Shown here: one piece after another, positions 18,844 to 28,935 of the stretch
Layout of the letters: the number at the start of each line of letters is the position of its first letter
Position numbering within the stretch: position 1 is the stretch's first letter
Assembly: GCA_963725865.1 (NCBI GenBank)
Contig: CAVSAC010000012.1
Coordinates: 192,001-256,000, forward strand
Source of the DNA: Candidatus Eiseniibacteriota bacterium
Lineage (GTDB): Bacteria > Eisenbacteria > RBG-16-71-46
Length of the DNA: 64,000 nucleotides
Reading direction: 5' to 3'
Translations under genes and position numbers: made by a program
Notes under the pieces: model-generated
The model's database searches: none
What the model was told of the DNA's origin: nothing
The model's input: only the letters and a program-made list of their open reading frames with translations

Positions 18844-20118
18844 ATGATCTCCGCCTCCCGCATCCGAGCGAGCGTGAACGCCGCCGCCGGCGGCCTGCCG
18901 CGGCCGTTCTGGTTCCTGTGGACCGGCACGCTCGTGAACCGGCTCGGCACCTTCGTGCTGCCGTTCCTCGCGATCTACCTCACCCAGGTGCGCGGCTTCT
19001 CCGTCATGCAGGCCGGGATGGTGTCGGCGCTCTACGGCGCCGGCGGGGCGATCGCGGGGCCCTTGGGCGGCACGCTCGCCGACCACGTGGGCCGGCGCTT
19101 CACCATGGTGCTGGCGCTCGGCCTCGGCGGCTGCGGGATGATCGCGCTCGGGTTCGCGCACCGGCTCGAGGTGATCGCGCCGGCGACGTTCGTGGTGGCG
19201 CTCGTGAACGAGATGTACCGGCCCGCCATGCAGGCCGCGATGGCCGACCTGGTGGCGCCGGCCGACCGGGTGCGCGCGTTCGGTCTCTTGTACTGGGTGA
19301 TCAACCTGGGCTTCGCGATCGGACTCACGCTCGGCGGCGTGCTCGCGACCGTCTCGTATCTCCTGCTGTTCGTCGGCGACGGACTCACCAGTCTGACGTT
19401 CGCGCTGCTGGTGTGGCGCGGCGTGCCCGAGACGCGACCCGCGCACGTCGCGCACGCGGCGGCGAGCGGCGGGGGTGGGTGGCAGGCGTTCTTCGCGCCC
19501 TATCGCGATCGCACGTTCGCGGCGTTCCTGGGACTCAACTTCCTGGTCGCGCTGGTGTTCATGCAGCACTTCACCGCGTTCCCGATAGACATGGCCGCCC
19601 ACGGCATCTCGCGTGCGATGTTCGGCGCGGTGCTGGGCCTCAACGGCCTCCTCATCGTGCTGGTGCAGCCGTTCCTCGGACCCGTCCTCACGCGGCACGA
19701 CCGCCCGCGGTCGATCGCGCTGGGAGCGGTGCTGGTCGGGCTCGGCTTCGGGCTCAACGCGCTCGCGCGCACCGCTCCCGCGTACGCGCTGAGCGTGTGC
19801 GTGTGGACGCTGGGGGAGATCTGCGTGCTGCCCGTCTCGAGCGCGCTGGTCGCTGACCTGGCACCGCCCGCGATCCGCGGACGCTTCCAGGGCGCCTACG
19901 GCCTCTCGTTCGGACTCGCCACCTGTCTCGGGCCGACCACGGGCGCGTGGGCGCTGCAACACCTCGGGAGTGCCACGCTGTGGGCCGGCTGTCTGGCGGT
20001 CGGGGTGTGCGCGGCCGCCGGGCATCTCGCGCTCGCGCCGACGCTGCGGCGCGTGCGTGCGGCGCGGATCGCGCAGGGGAGTGCAGCGGCGAGGCCCGCC
20101 GACGCCGCGGCGACCTGA
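18844..20118 (+). CDS. MFS transporter
   Basis: About 12 hydrophobic segments; motif A GTLADHVGRR. Confidence 0.92.
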   Translation: MISASRIRASVNAAAGGLPRPFWFLWTGTLVNRLGTFVLPFLAIYLTQVRGFSVMQAGMVSALYGAGGAIAGPLGGTLADHVGRRFTMVLALGLGGCGMIALGFAHRLEVIAPATFVVALVNEMYRPAMQAAMADLVAPADRVRAFGLLYWVINLGFAIGLTLGGVLATVSYLLLFVGDGLTSLTFALLVWRGVPETRPAHVAHAAASGGGGWQAFFAPYRDRTFAAFLGLNFLVALVFMQHFTAFPIDMAAHGISRAMFGAVLGLNGLLIVLVQPFLGPVLTRHDRPRSIALGAVLVGLGFGLNALARTAPAYALSVCVWTLGEICVLPVSSALVADLAPPAIRGRFQGAYGLSFGLATCLGPTTGAWALQHLGSATLWAGCLAVGVCAAAGHLALAPTLRRVRAARIAQGSAAARPADAAAT

Positions 20119-20264
20119 GCGGAGTACGCCGCGCCGCGGCGGGAGGCGCATCGCAGTCGTTTCGCGGTTGCGCTACAGTGCCCGCCGCCCGGATCGGGGC
20201 GCCCCGAGGCGCGTCGCGGTCCGGATCGTCGCGGCCGCCTCGGATCGTTTCAGGAGGATCCCCC

Positions 20265-20777
20265 ATGTGGCTCATTCTCATCGTGCTGCGGCTCGTTCAC
20301 ATCCTCTCCGCCATCTTCTGGCTCGGCGGCATGTTCATCCTCGTCCGGTTCCTCGCGCCGACCGCGCGGCGCACCGGGGCCGACGGCGCGCGCTTCATGC
20401 AGAGCCTGGTGAGCGAGAGCGGTCTGCCGAAGGCGCTCACCGGCGCGGGCGTGCTCACCGTGCTCGCGGGGCTCGGGCTGTACTGGTTCACGTCGGACCA
20501 CTTCAGCCGCGAGTGGATGCGCTCCCCGACCGGCATGACGTTCAGCTTCGGCATGACGTTCGGCCTGCTCGCCCTGCTGCACGGCCTCGCGGTGCAGCGC
20601 GCCAACGCCGACAAGCTCGCAGCGATCGCACGCGCCGTTCCGGCCGGCGGCGCGCCGAGCCCCGAGCAGCAGGCGCGGATGGACGCGCTGCGCGAGAAGC
20701 TCGCCCGCGGCGGCCAGGTCGGGCTCGTCCTGCTGACGCTGGCGGCCGCGGCGATGGCGATCGCGCGCTACGTCTGA
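20265..20777 (+). CDS. Four-helix membrane protein
   Basis: AGGAGG RBS; RLVHILSAIFWLGG start; hydrophobic helices. Confidence 0.75.
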   Translation: MWLILIVLRLVHILSAIFWLGGMFILVRFLAPTARRTGADGARFMQSLVSESGLPKALTGAGVLTVLAGLGLYWFTSDHFSREWMRSPTGMTFSFGMTFGLLALLHGLAVQRANADKLAAIARAVPAGGAPSPEQQARMDALREKLARGGQVGLVLLTLAAAAMAIARYV

Positions 20778-20819
20778 GATCGCGGCCGACCTGATTCCTC
20801 CAACCCGAGGTGACCGTCC

Positions 20820-21599
20820 ATGAACCGCCTGTTGCTGGTCCTCGCGCTGCTGGCCCTCTCCACGAAGGCGATGGCGACCGTGCACACCGAGACCGTCGAA
20901 TACAAGCAGGGCGACACCGTCCTGCAGGGCTACCTGTCGTACGACGACGCCGTGAAGGGCCCGCGCCCCGCGATCGTGATCGTGCACGACTGGCTGGGCG
21001 TCTCGGACTACCAGAAGTCGCGCGCCGAGCAGCTCGCGGCGCTGGGCTACGTGGCGCTCGCGGCCGACGTCTACGGCAAGGGCGTGCGCCCGGCCAATGC
21101 CCAGGAGGCGGGCGCGGAGGCGGGCAAGTACTACAAGGACCGCGCGCTGCTGCGCGCGCGCGTGCGCGCGGGGCTCGATTTCCTCGCCGCCCGGCCGCAG
21201 GCCGATCCCCAGCGCCTCGCCGCGATCGGCTACTGCTTCGGCGGCGCCGGCGCGCTCGAGCTGGCCCGCAGCGGGGCGCCGCTGCGCGCGGTGGTGACGT
21301 TCCACGGCTCGCTCGCCTCGGCCGATCCCGCCGACGCCAAGAACATCAAGGCCAAGGTGCTGGTGCTGCACGGCGCCGACGATCCGTTCGTGAAGCCGGC
21401 CGAGGTGCAGGCGTTCGAGGACGAGATGCGGGCGGCGGGCGTGGACTGGCAGCTGGTGAAGTACAGCGGAGCGGTGCACAGCTTCACCGACAAGCGCGCC
21501 GGTACCGACAACTCCAAGGGTGCCGCCTACAACGAGGCCGCCGATCGCCGCTCGTGGCGGGCGATGCGCGACTTCTTCGAGGAGACGCTCGCCAAGTAG
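20820..21599 (+). CDS. Dienelactone hydrolase family protein, signal peptide
   Basis: GYCFGG nucleophile elbow, HGADD, HSFT. Confidence 0.92.
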   Translation: MNRLLLVLALLALSTKAMATVHTETVEYKQGDTVLQGYLSYDDAVKGPRPAIVIVHDWLGVSDYQKSRAEQLAALGYVALAADVYGKGVRPANAQEAGAEAGKYYKDRALLRARVRAGLDFLAARPQADPQRLAAIGYCFGGAGALELARSGAPLRAVVTFHGSLASADPADAKNIKAKVLVLHGADDPFVKPAEVQAFEDEMRAAGVDWQLVKYSGAVHSFTDKRAGTDNSKGAAYNEAADRRSWRAMRDFFEETLAK

Positions 21600-21722
21600 C
21601 GGCGGGAGAACGAGCATTCGGCCGTAGACGCCATCGCGGGGCCGGGGTAGCATGAATCGGCCCATGGATGGGTCGACCCCCGACGTTTGGCCGCCGCCCG
21701 CTCCCCTCCGTGGAGGTTGCCC

Positions 21723-22472
21723 ATGCCCCTCGCCCGATCCCTGTTCGGCTGCGCCCTGCTCGCTTCCGTCTTCGCCCTGGCCGCGCCCGCCGGCGCCCAG
21801 GAGCTGATCACCCCCAAGGTGCTGATCCGGCGGTTCCCGCAGGGCCAGTTCTGCGCGCTGCCGGTCTCGATCTCGTTCGTCGCGCCCAGCACCGACGTGA
21901 TCGTGACGTTCACCGCCGCCGAGTTCGTCGACGACGGCTCCGGCACCCAGACCTGGACCGAGCAGGCGATCGACAACGTCACGGTCGCCAGCACCGCGCA
22001 GGTCGCCGCGAACACCGCCGGGCCGCCCGAGTTCTCGAGCTCCGAGAACTGCTACGTCGGCGACCCGCAGCCGGTCACGTACTTCCACTTCAACCGCGCC
22101 GGGCTGACGCTGGCGCTGCTCGAGCTGTTCGACACCGATCCCGCGAGCCGCGGATGGACGATGTCGCCGCACAGCCACTTCGACAGCGGCCGCAGCGGGC
22201 CGCGCGACGTCGAGAACGACGCGGACCTCACGGGTGGCTCGCTCGCGCTGGGCGACGGCAGCGGCGTGCCGGCGAGCGGCATCACCTCGAGCGCCACGCT
22301 CACGCTGTCGACGCTCGATCCAGGCACCAGCTACGATCTCGGCGCGTGGTGGTACGCGGGCTTCGTGCGGTTCCCGCACGACACCGACTACCTGACGATC
22401 ACCATCACCACCAACGCCGGCACGCCGATCGCGCAGAAGAGCTGGGGCGCACTGAAGTCGCGCTACCGTTGA
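21723..22472 (+). CDS. Secreted hypothetical protein ending in SWGALKSRYR
   Basis: GGAGG RBS; signal peptide ending APAGA; C-terminal motif shared with three other genes here. Confidence 0.8.
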   Translation: MPLARSLFGCALLASVFALAAPAGAQELITPKVLIRRFPQGQFCALPVSISFVAPSTDVIVTFTAAEFVDDGSGTQTWTEQAIDNVTVASTAQVAANTAGPPEFSSSENCYVGDPQPVTYFHFNRAGLTLALLELFDTDPASRGWTMSPHSHFDSGRSGPRDVENDADLTGGSLALGDGSGVPASGITSSATLTLSTLDPGTSYDLGAWWYAGFVRFPHDTDYLTITITTNAGTPIAQKSWGALKSRYR

Positions 22473-22475
22473 GCG

Positions 22476-25400
22476 TCAGCGGCCGCTGAGCACGAACGGC
22501 GCCCAGTAGAACGGATCCGCCCAGCGGGGGTCCTGGCGCACGCGGCGCTTGGCGTCGCGGAGCGCGCGCGCGAGGTCGGGCGGCTTTGCGCGCGCCTCCG
22601 CGGCGGCGATGCCGGCGAACAGCCCGCCCATCACTGCCGCGGTCGGCCGGTCGTCCACCGCCCACAGGCTCGCCACCACCTGGCGCGCGCCGGCCGCGAG
22701 GAATCCCCGCGAGAGCGCGAACGCGCCCTCGCCCGCCAGCCGCGGGCCCTTCGCGGTCTCGCAGGCGGACAGCACCGCGAGGCGGCAATCGAGCGCGAGC
22801 CGGTGGATCTCGAACAACTCGAGCAGGCCGTCGTCATCGCTGTCGGCGCCCGGGGCGGGCGGCGGCGCCAGCACCAGCCCCGCCGCCAGCCGATCGCCCG
22901 AGCGGTCGGCGAATCCGTGGGTGGCGAGGTGCAGGTAACGATGGCCGGGGAGTGCCGCGCGCACGGCGGGCTCGCGCGCGGCGGCGCCGCTGAGCACGTC
23001 GACCCGGCCGGCGCCGAACGCGGCGCGGATCGCCGCGGTCTCGAGCGCGGTGCCGGGCAGCGGCGACCAGGCGCGCAGGCGCGGCGCCGCGGTCGCCGCG
23101 TCCGGCGCCGGCGGTGGCGCGTACGCCACGTCGCTCACGCTCAGCACCTCGGCGCGCTCCCCGGCGCCCGCGAGCGCGCGCGCCGGCCGGCGCGCGAGAC
23201 TCCACAACGAGGTGGCCGATGGGCCGTAGGAGATCGCCGGACCGTCGTCGAGCCAGTAGCGCGTCGGCGCGCCGCGCGCTCGCGTCCGGGCCACGAGCGC
23301 CTCGAACGCCACCAGGTGGAGCGCCCCGTCCGGCACCACGAGCGCGGTGCGCGCGGCGTGCAGCGGCGCGCGCAGGGGCGCCGGCACGAGCGTGCGCCAC
23401 AGCGCGTGCAGGCGCACCTCGAAGGAGTCCGGCCCCGCGGAGGCGCGCAGCGGCAGCGTCACGAACCCGCCGGCCGCGGTGCCGCCGAGCAGCGGCGCGA
23501 TCCCGAGCGGGACGGTCGGCCCGTCGCGCGCGGGATCCCCGGTCACGATGCGCTCCAGCGTACTGTCGGTGAGCGGTCCGGGCGCCACCCCGAGTGCTGC
23601 GGCCGCATCGGGATCGAGCGCGAGCGCGAGCGCCGTGACCGGCCCGCGCGGGGGCACCACGAACACGTGGCTGGCGGCGCGGCCGACGTGGTAGACGAGC
23701 AGTAGTCCGTCGCGCGGCACCACCTCGCGCTGCAGCCGCGCCGCGTCGGGGATCCGCCCCTCGGCGCTGAGCACGCCGCGCCACACCGGGCTGGCGTCCT
23801 CGATGCGCCGGCGCGCGCGCCCGAGCTCGAGCGCCGCGGAATCGCGCCGCGCGGCGAGCCCCGCCAGCGCCTCGAGCCGTTCGCGTGCCCCCAGCGCCGG
23901 ATCGAGGCGGGTGTCCTCCAGCGCGCGATGCGCGGCGGCCAGTCGCGCCTCGGCCGCGCGCTCGTCGGTCGCGAGCGGTCCCAGCACGTCGGGCGGGATG
24001 CCGGCGCGCAGGTCCACGCCGCTCGCGACGATCTGGTCGAGCAACCCGCGCGCGCGCGCGTGCTCGTGCGTCGACAGCGCGGCCGCGACCGCCCCCCGCG
24101 CGAGCTGCCAGTCCACCATCCGGTCGACCAGGTCGAGCCGCCCGGCCACGAACGCGGCGCGGGTCTCGTCGCCGCCCCCGCGCCAGGCGCGCAGCGAGTC
24201 CATCGTCGCGAGCGCCACCGCCATGTCGGCGATCGCGGCGTCGAGCCGGCCGTGCGCGGCGTGCCCCTCCGCACGCGCCGCGTGCGCGTCGAGGCGCGCG
24301 TCGGGGTAGGCGCTCGTGGAATCGAGGATGGCGAGCGCGCGATCCAGCCGCGCTGCGGCATCGTCCGGCGCCCGCGCCGCACGGGAGCGCGCCTGCTCGA
24401 TCAGCAGCAGCGCCACGTCGGGATGCGCCGGGCCGAGCGCGCGCTCGCGCAGCACGATGGCACGCGCGAGCAACGTGTCGGCGCCGAGCGAGTCGCCCGA
24501 CTGCATCGCCAGCCGCGCGCGGTCGCCGAGGTGCTGCGCCATCAGCAGGTGGTCGGGACCGAGCGTCGCCTCGACGATCGCACCGGTCTCGCGATACAGC
24601 GAATCGGCGCGCGCGAAGTGGCCGAGCTCCTGTTCGCACACCGCGGCCTGGTTGAGGAACGTGATCAGCCCCGGGTTTGCGGCGCCCAGCGTCACCCGCG
24701 CCTGCGCGAGCGCCTGCAGGTAGAGCGGCTCGGCGGTCGCGGCGTGGCCCTGCAGTCGGCGGACCTCGGCCAGGTTGAGCCGCGCGGTCGCGAGCGCGTC
24801 GGGGTCGCCGCCCGGGCGTTCCAGCAGCGCGAGGCCGCGCTCGAGCAGCGGCTCCGCCTCGCCGAGCCGGCCGACGTCCTTGAACAGCCCGGCGAGGTTG
24901 TTCGCGAGCGCCAGGCGGATCGGATCGTCCTCCGCGAGCCGCGCTTCCGCGACTGCGAGCCCGCGACGGAAGTGGGACTCGGCGATGTCGAGTTGGTCGC
25001 GTACGCGCGCCAGCTCGCCGAGATTGTTGTGCGCGTCGGCGAGCCTGGCCGCGAACCGCTCGCCGGCCCCGTCGTAGATCGCGAGCGCGCGCTCGAGCGG
25101 CACCGCCGCGGAGTCCAACGCGCCGAGTTGGAAGTGCAGCAGCCCGAGCTGGCGCAGCGCTGCGGCGGTCTGGGGATCGCGCTCGCCGAGCGCGCGGGCG
25201 CGGATCGCCACCGCGCGCTCGGCGAGCGGGACGGCTTCGCGCCAGCGCCCGAGGTAGTCGAGCACCGTGGCGAGCGTGACGAGGCTGTTGGCCACCGCGG
25301 GATCGCCGGGACCGAGTGCCGCCTCGCGACGCGCGAGTCCGGCGCGGAACAGCGGCTCCGCGGCCGCCATCGCCTCCGGCGTCCCCGCGGAGAACAGCCG

Positions 25401-25760
25401 CAGCCCGAGGCTGTCGCACAGCGCCGCCGCGCGCGGGGGCGCGAGCGGCTCGGCGCGCTCGCGCACGCGAACCAGCGAGTCGGCGAGCGCGCTGGCGACT
25501 TCGAACTCCTGCGCGGCCAGCGCGGCCTCGAACGCGCGCTCGAGCGCGGCGCGCGCGGCGACGCGGGGAGGGGCCGCCGCGCGGGCGCGAGCGTGTACCG
25601 GCGGCGGACCGCCGGACGCCGTCGCGGCGATCGCGCGCGCCGGAGCCGTGACGGCCAGCGCGGCGGTCGCGAGCGTCGTGCCGAGCGCCGCGGCGCCCGC
25701 GAGCAGCGCGGCCAGTCGCGTGGTCGTGCCGCGGATCCGCCGGGGAGGGGCCTGCGCCAT
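22476..25760 (-). CDS. TPR + CHAT (caspase-like) domain protein with N-terminal signal-like segment
   Basis: Kinesin-light-chain-like TPRs (LGPxHP, NNLA); CHAT motifs VPDGALH, HLATHGF, VLSACETA, SLWAVDD, PFYWAPF. Confidence 0.9.
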   Translation of the reverse strand: MAQAPPRRIRGTTTRLAALLAGAAALGTTLATAALAVTAPARAIAATASGGPPPVHARARAAAPPRVAARAALERAFEAALAAQEFEVASALADSLVRVRERAEPLAPPRAAALCDSLGLRLFSAGTPEAMAAAEPLFRAGLARREAALGPGDPAVANSLVTLATVLDYLGRWREAVPLAERAVAIRARALGERDPQTAAALRQLGLLHFQLGALDSAAVPLERALAIYDGAGERFAARLADAHNNLGELARVRDQLDIAESHFRRGLAVAEARLAEDDPIRLALANNLAGLFKDVGRLGEAEPLLERGLALLERPGGDPDALATARLNLAEVRRLQGHAATAEPLYLQALAQARVTLGAANPGLITFLNQAAVCEQELGHFARADSLYRETGAIVEATLGPDHLLMAQHLGDRARLAMQSGDSLGADTLLARAIVLRERALGPAHPDVALLLIEQARSRAARAPDDAAARLDRALAILDSTSAYPDARLDAHAARAEGHAAHGRLDAAIADMAVALATMDSLRAWRGGGDETRAAFVAGRLDLVDRMVDWQLARGAVAAALSTHEHARARGLLDQIVASGVDLRAGIPPDVLGPLATDERAAEARLAAAHRALEDTRLDPALGARERLEALAGLAARRDSAALELGRARRRIEDASPVWRGVLSAEGRIPDAARLQREVVPRDGLLLVYHVGRAASHVFVVPPRGPVTALALALDPDAAAALGVAPGPLTDSTLERIVTGDPARDGPTVPLGIAPLLGGTAAGGFVTLPLRASAGPDSFEVRLHALWRTLVPAPLRAPLHAARTALVVPDGALHLVAFEALVARTRARGAPTRYWLDDGPAISYGPSATSLWSLARRPARALAGAGERAEVLSVSDVAYAPPPAPDAATAAPRLRAWSPLPGTALETAAIRAAFGAGRVDVLSGAAAREPAVRAALPGHRYLHLATHGFADRSGDRLAAGLVLAPPPAPGADSDDDGLLELFEIHRLALDCRLAVLSACETAKGPRLAGEGAFALSRGFLAAGARQVVASLWAVDDRPTAAVMGGLFAGIAAAEARAKPPDLARALRDAKRRVRQDPRWADPFYWAPFVLSGR

Positions 25761-25943
25761 GGGCGGGCAGGATGGACGATGCCGCCGTCCGGTGCCACAC
25801 CATTCCCGCCCCCCGAGTTGACCCATGGACGGGCCCCACGCCATCCACTAGATTCCCGCCTGCCGCGCCCCCGTCGCGGCGACGCGATCGCGCCCGGCCG
25901 CCCGATCCTCCCCAGGCGTCCATCCTCTCGAAGGAAGGTCCTC

Positions 25944-26936
25944 ATGCGCCGGTTCACGCGCCCCCCGATCTGCTTCGCGCTCCTGCTCGCTCCGGTCCTC
26001 GCGCTCGCCGCCATCGCCCCGGCGTTCGCCGCGCCGGTGGCGGTCGTCGCCGCGGTGAAGGGACGCGTCCAGGTCACGTCCCCGCAGAGCCGCGTCGCGG
26101 TGCGCGTGACGTTCGGCCGTCCGCTCGAGCGTGGCGACCGGGTGACGGTCGGCGCGGGCGGCTCGGCGACGCTGTTCTTCGACGACGGCAACGTGGTCGA
26201 GCTGTCCGAGCGCAGCTCGCTCACGATCGGCGGCCGGGTGGCGGCGAATCCCCGCGCGGCGCTGCCCGGCGAGGTGTTCGCGCAGGTGAGTCGCTTCGCC
26301 ACCGCCGGCTCGCGCGAGACCGGGCTGGTCGCGATCGCCGGCATGCGAACGGGCGAGGACGCCAGCACGCCGCTGCTGCTGGCGCCGCGGCGGACGTCGC
26401 TGCTGACCGACGCGCCGGCGCTCGCGTGGCGCGCAGTCAACGGCGCGACGCGTTACCGCGTGCGCGTGCTGGACGCCGCGGGCGCCGAGCTGTGGAGCCG
26501 CGAGGTGCCCGCGGGCGATCCCGGCACCGCACCGGCGCTCGCGTACCCCGCCGATGCTCCACGCTTGACCGCCGACCGCGACCTGCAGTGGGAGGTCGAG
26601 GCGCTCGGCGCGAGCGGCACGCTGCGGCGCGAGAGCACCACGATGCGCGTCGTGACGCCCGCGGCGGGCGCCGACGTGCGCGCGAACCTCGACCGCATCA
26701 CCGCGGGCGCGGGCGGCGCGGGGGCGCCCGCGGCCCATTTCCTCGCGGGCTCGTATCTCTCCGGATTGGGGCTCCGCCAGGACGCGGCCGAGCAGTTCCG
26801 CGCGCTCGCGACGCTGGCCCCCGAGTCGCCGGGCCCGCACGAGGCGCTCGGCCAGCTCTACCTGACGGTCGGCCTCGCGGACCTCGCGGCCGCGGAGTTC
26901 CAGCAGGCGCTGGCGCTGCAGCGCGACGCGCACTAG
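25944..26936 (+). CDS. Secreted FecR-like / Ig-like (DUF928-like) / TPR protein
   Basis: Signal peptide; VKGRV...LERGDRVTVGAGGSATLFFDDG...ELSERS (FecR-like); PALAW...YRVRV; C-terminal TPR. Confidence 0.7.
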   Translation: MRRFTRPPICFALLLAPVLALAAIAPAFAAPVAVVAAVKGRVQVTSPQSRVAVRVTFGRPLERGDRVTVGAGGSATLFFDDGNVVELSERSSLTIGGRVAANPRAALPGEVFAQVSRFATAGSRETGLVAIAGMRTGEDASTPLLLAPRRTSLLTDAPALAWRAVNGATRYRVRVLDAAGAELWSREVPAGDPGTAPALAYPADAPRLTADRDLQWEVEALGASGTLRRESTTMRVVTPAAGADVRANLDRITAGAGGAGAPAAHFLAGSYLSGLGLRQDAAEQFRALATLAPESPGPHEALGQLYLTVGLADLAAAEFQQALALQRDAH

Positions 26937-27039
26937 CCGGCGAGCCATGAGCGCGCGCACACGTGGTCCGCGCCGCCGTCGCGGCACCGCACGTCCGCGC
27001 CGCGCGCGCGCCGCGGCGCGCGGCTAGGAGCGCCGCGGC

Positions 27040-28935
27040 ATGGAGCGCCTGTCGCACTACGACATCGTCCGCCGCCTCGGGCAGGGCGGGATGGGCGAGG
27101 TCTACGAGGCGGTGGATCTCGACCTCGGCCGCCACGTGGCGCTGAAGTTCGTGGCACCGGCGGCGGCGGGCGACCCGGACGCCCTGCGGCGGCTCGAGCG
27201 CGAGGCGCGCGCGGCGGCCGCGCTGCACCACCCGCGCATCGCGACGCTGTTCGCGTTCGACCGCACCACCGAGCGGCCGTTCCTCGCGATGGAGCTGCTT
27301 CGCGGCCCCACGCTGCGCGATGTGCTCGCGGGCGGACCGCTGCCGGTCGACGAGGCGCTCGCGATCGCGCGCGACGTGGCGGAGGGGCTCGCGTTCGCGC
27401 ACCGGCACGGCGTCGTGCATCGCGACGTCAAGCCGGGCAACCTGATGTTCGACGAGGCCGGCGCGATCAAGATCACCGACTTCGGTCTCGCGCGCACCGC
27501 GGATGCCTCGCACCTGACCGTGACCGGCGCCTCGCTGGGCACCCCGTCCTACATGGCGCCCGAGACGCTGGGGGCGGACGCGCACGCCGAGGCGGGCGCG
27601 GCGGGCACCGTGCCGGCGGCGGCGCCGGCGGACGTGTTCGCGCTCGGCGTGACGCTGTTCGAGATGCTGGCCGGCGCGCTGCCGTTCGGCGGCGATCGTC
27701 CGCTCGCCATGATGTACGCGATCGCGAACGATCCGCCACGCCCGCTGCGTGCCGCGCGTCCCGAGGTCGCGGAAGAGGTCGAGCGGCTGGTGGGGCGGAT
27801 GCTGGCGAAGGAGCCGCACGTCCGGCCGCCCGCCGCCACCGCGATGCAGGAGCTGGCGCACCTCACCCGCTGGCCGCCGGCCGCGCCGTACGCCGTCGCC
27901 GCACGCGCCGCCGCGGCGGCGGCCGGCGCGGAGCCCACCGCCGCGACCCTGCCGCCGCGCGCGGCGCCGGTGGGCGAGGACACGCGGGCGGATACGCGCA
28001 TGGCACGGCCCGCGACCGAGGAGCTGACCGCCCAGCCGCTCGCGGGCGCCCGCGCCGTGGTCGCGGCCGGCCCGCACTCCCCGGCGCGTCGCCCGCCCAT
28101 CACGCGCCGCGGCGCCGTGCTGGGCGGACTCGCCGCGCTGCTCGTCGTGACCACGATCGTGCCGTGGTGGCGCGGCCGGCTGCTCGCCGGGCGCGAGCGC
28201 CTCGCGGTGGCGCTGGTCAACGAAGGGCACGATTCGCTGAGCGCCGGCCGGCCGGCCGCGGCCCGCTCGCGGTTCGAGGCCGCGCTGCGCCTCGCGCCGC
28301 GCTACGGCGAGGCGAAGCTCGACCTGGCGACCGTGCTCGCGCAGCAGGGCGAGCGCGACCGCGCGGCCGCGCTCGACGGCCAGGTGATCGCCGAGAATCC
28401 GCGGCGCGCGGAGCTGCGCGCGGCCGCGGAGTACGGGCTGGGCGGCATCGATCTGGAGTCGGGCGCCCTCGGCAGTGCGATCGCGCACCTCGGGCGGGCC
28501 GCGCGGCTCGACTCCGCGCGCGTCGAGTACCCGAACAACCTGGGCTATGCGCTGATCGCGGCGGGGCGCACCGACGAGGCGCTCGCGACCCTGCGCGCGG
28601 CGCGGGCGCGCTTCCCGGGCACCGCCGGCCTGCGCAAGAACGAGGCGCTCGCGTGGTTCGCCTCCGCGCGTTTCGACAGCGCCGCGGCCGCGGCGGGCGA
28701 GGCGGTCCGGCTGGCGCCCGCGCACGCCGAGGCGTGGGCGATCAAGGCGCGCAGCGAGGCGGCGCTCGGCGACCTGCGCGCGGCCGGGACCAGCCTCGCC
28801 GCGCTGCGCGGGCTGCAGCCGCCCGCGGCGCTGCTGAGCGAAGTCGAGACCGCGGTGCGCGCCGCCTCCCGTGCGGCGGGCACCCGCGTCAGCGCACCAG
28901 CGACTCGAGCGAGCGCACCAGTTCGGCCTCGGTGA
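27040..28935 (+). CDS. Hanks-type Ser/Thr kinase with TM helix and C-terminal TPRs
   Basis: LGQGGMGEVY, VALK, HRDVKPGN, DFGLAR, GTPSYMAPE; TM GAVLGGLAALLVVTTIVPWW. Confidence 0.93.
   Translation: MERLSHYDIVRRLGQGGMGEVYEAVDLDLGRHVALKFVAPAAAGDPDALRRLEREARAAAALHHPRIATLFAFDRTTERPFLAMELLRGPTLRDVLAGGPLPVDEALAIARDVAEGLAFAHRHGVVHRDVKPGNLMFDEAGAIKITDFGLARTADASHLTVTGASLGTPSYMAPETLGADAHAEAGAAGTVPAAAPADVFALGVTLFEMLAGALPFGGDRPLAMMYAIANDPPRPLRAARPEVAEEVERLVGRMLAKEPHVRPPAATAMQELAHLTRWPPAAPYAVAARAAAAAAGAEPTAATLPPRAAPVGEDTRADTRMARPATEELTAQPLAGARAVVAAGPHSPARRPPITRRGAVLGGLAALLVVTTIVPWWRGRLLAGRERLAVALVNEGHDSLSAGRPAAARSRFEAALRLAPRYGEAKLDLATVLAQQGERDRAAALDGQVIAENPRRAELRAAAEYGLGGIDLESGALGSAIAHLGRAARLDSARVEYPNNLGYALIAAGRTDEALATLRAARARFPGTAGLRKNEALAWFASARFDSAAAAAGEAVRLAPAHAEAWAIKARSEAALGDLRAAGTSLAALRGLQPPAALLSEVETAVRAASRAAGTRVSAPATRASAPVRPR

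Noticed and set aside
22476..25760. CRISPR type III-E associated TPR-CHAT (Csx29-like)
   Set aside because: No Cas7-11 or array nearby, and the protein looks exported
28889..28935. 47-bp convergent overlap of the kinase and TlpA genes
   Set aside because: Short 3' overlaps with low-complexity tails are common in GC-rich genomes
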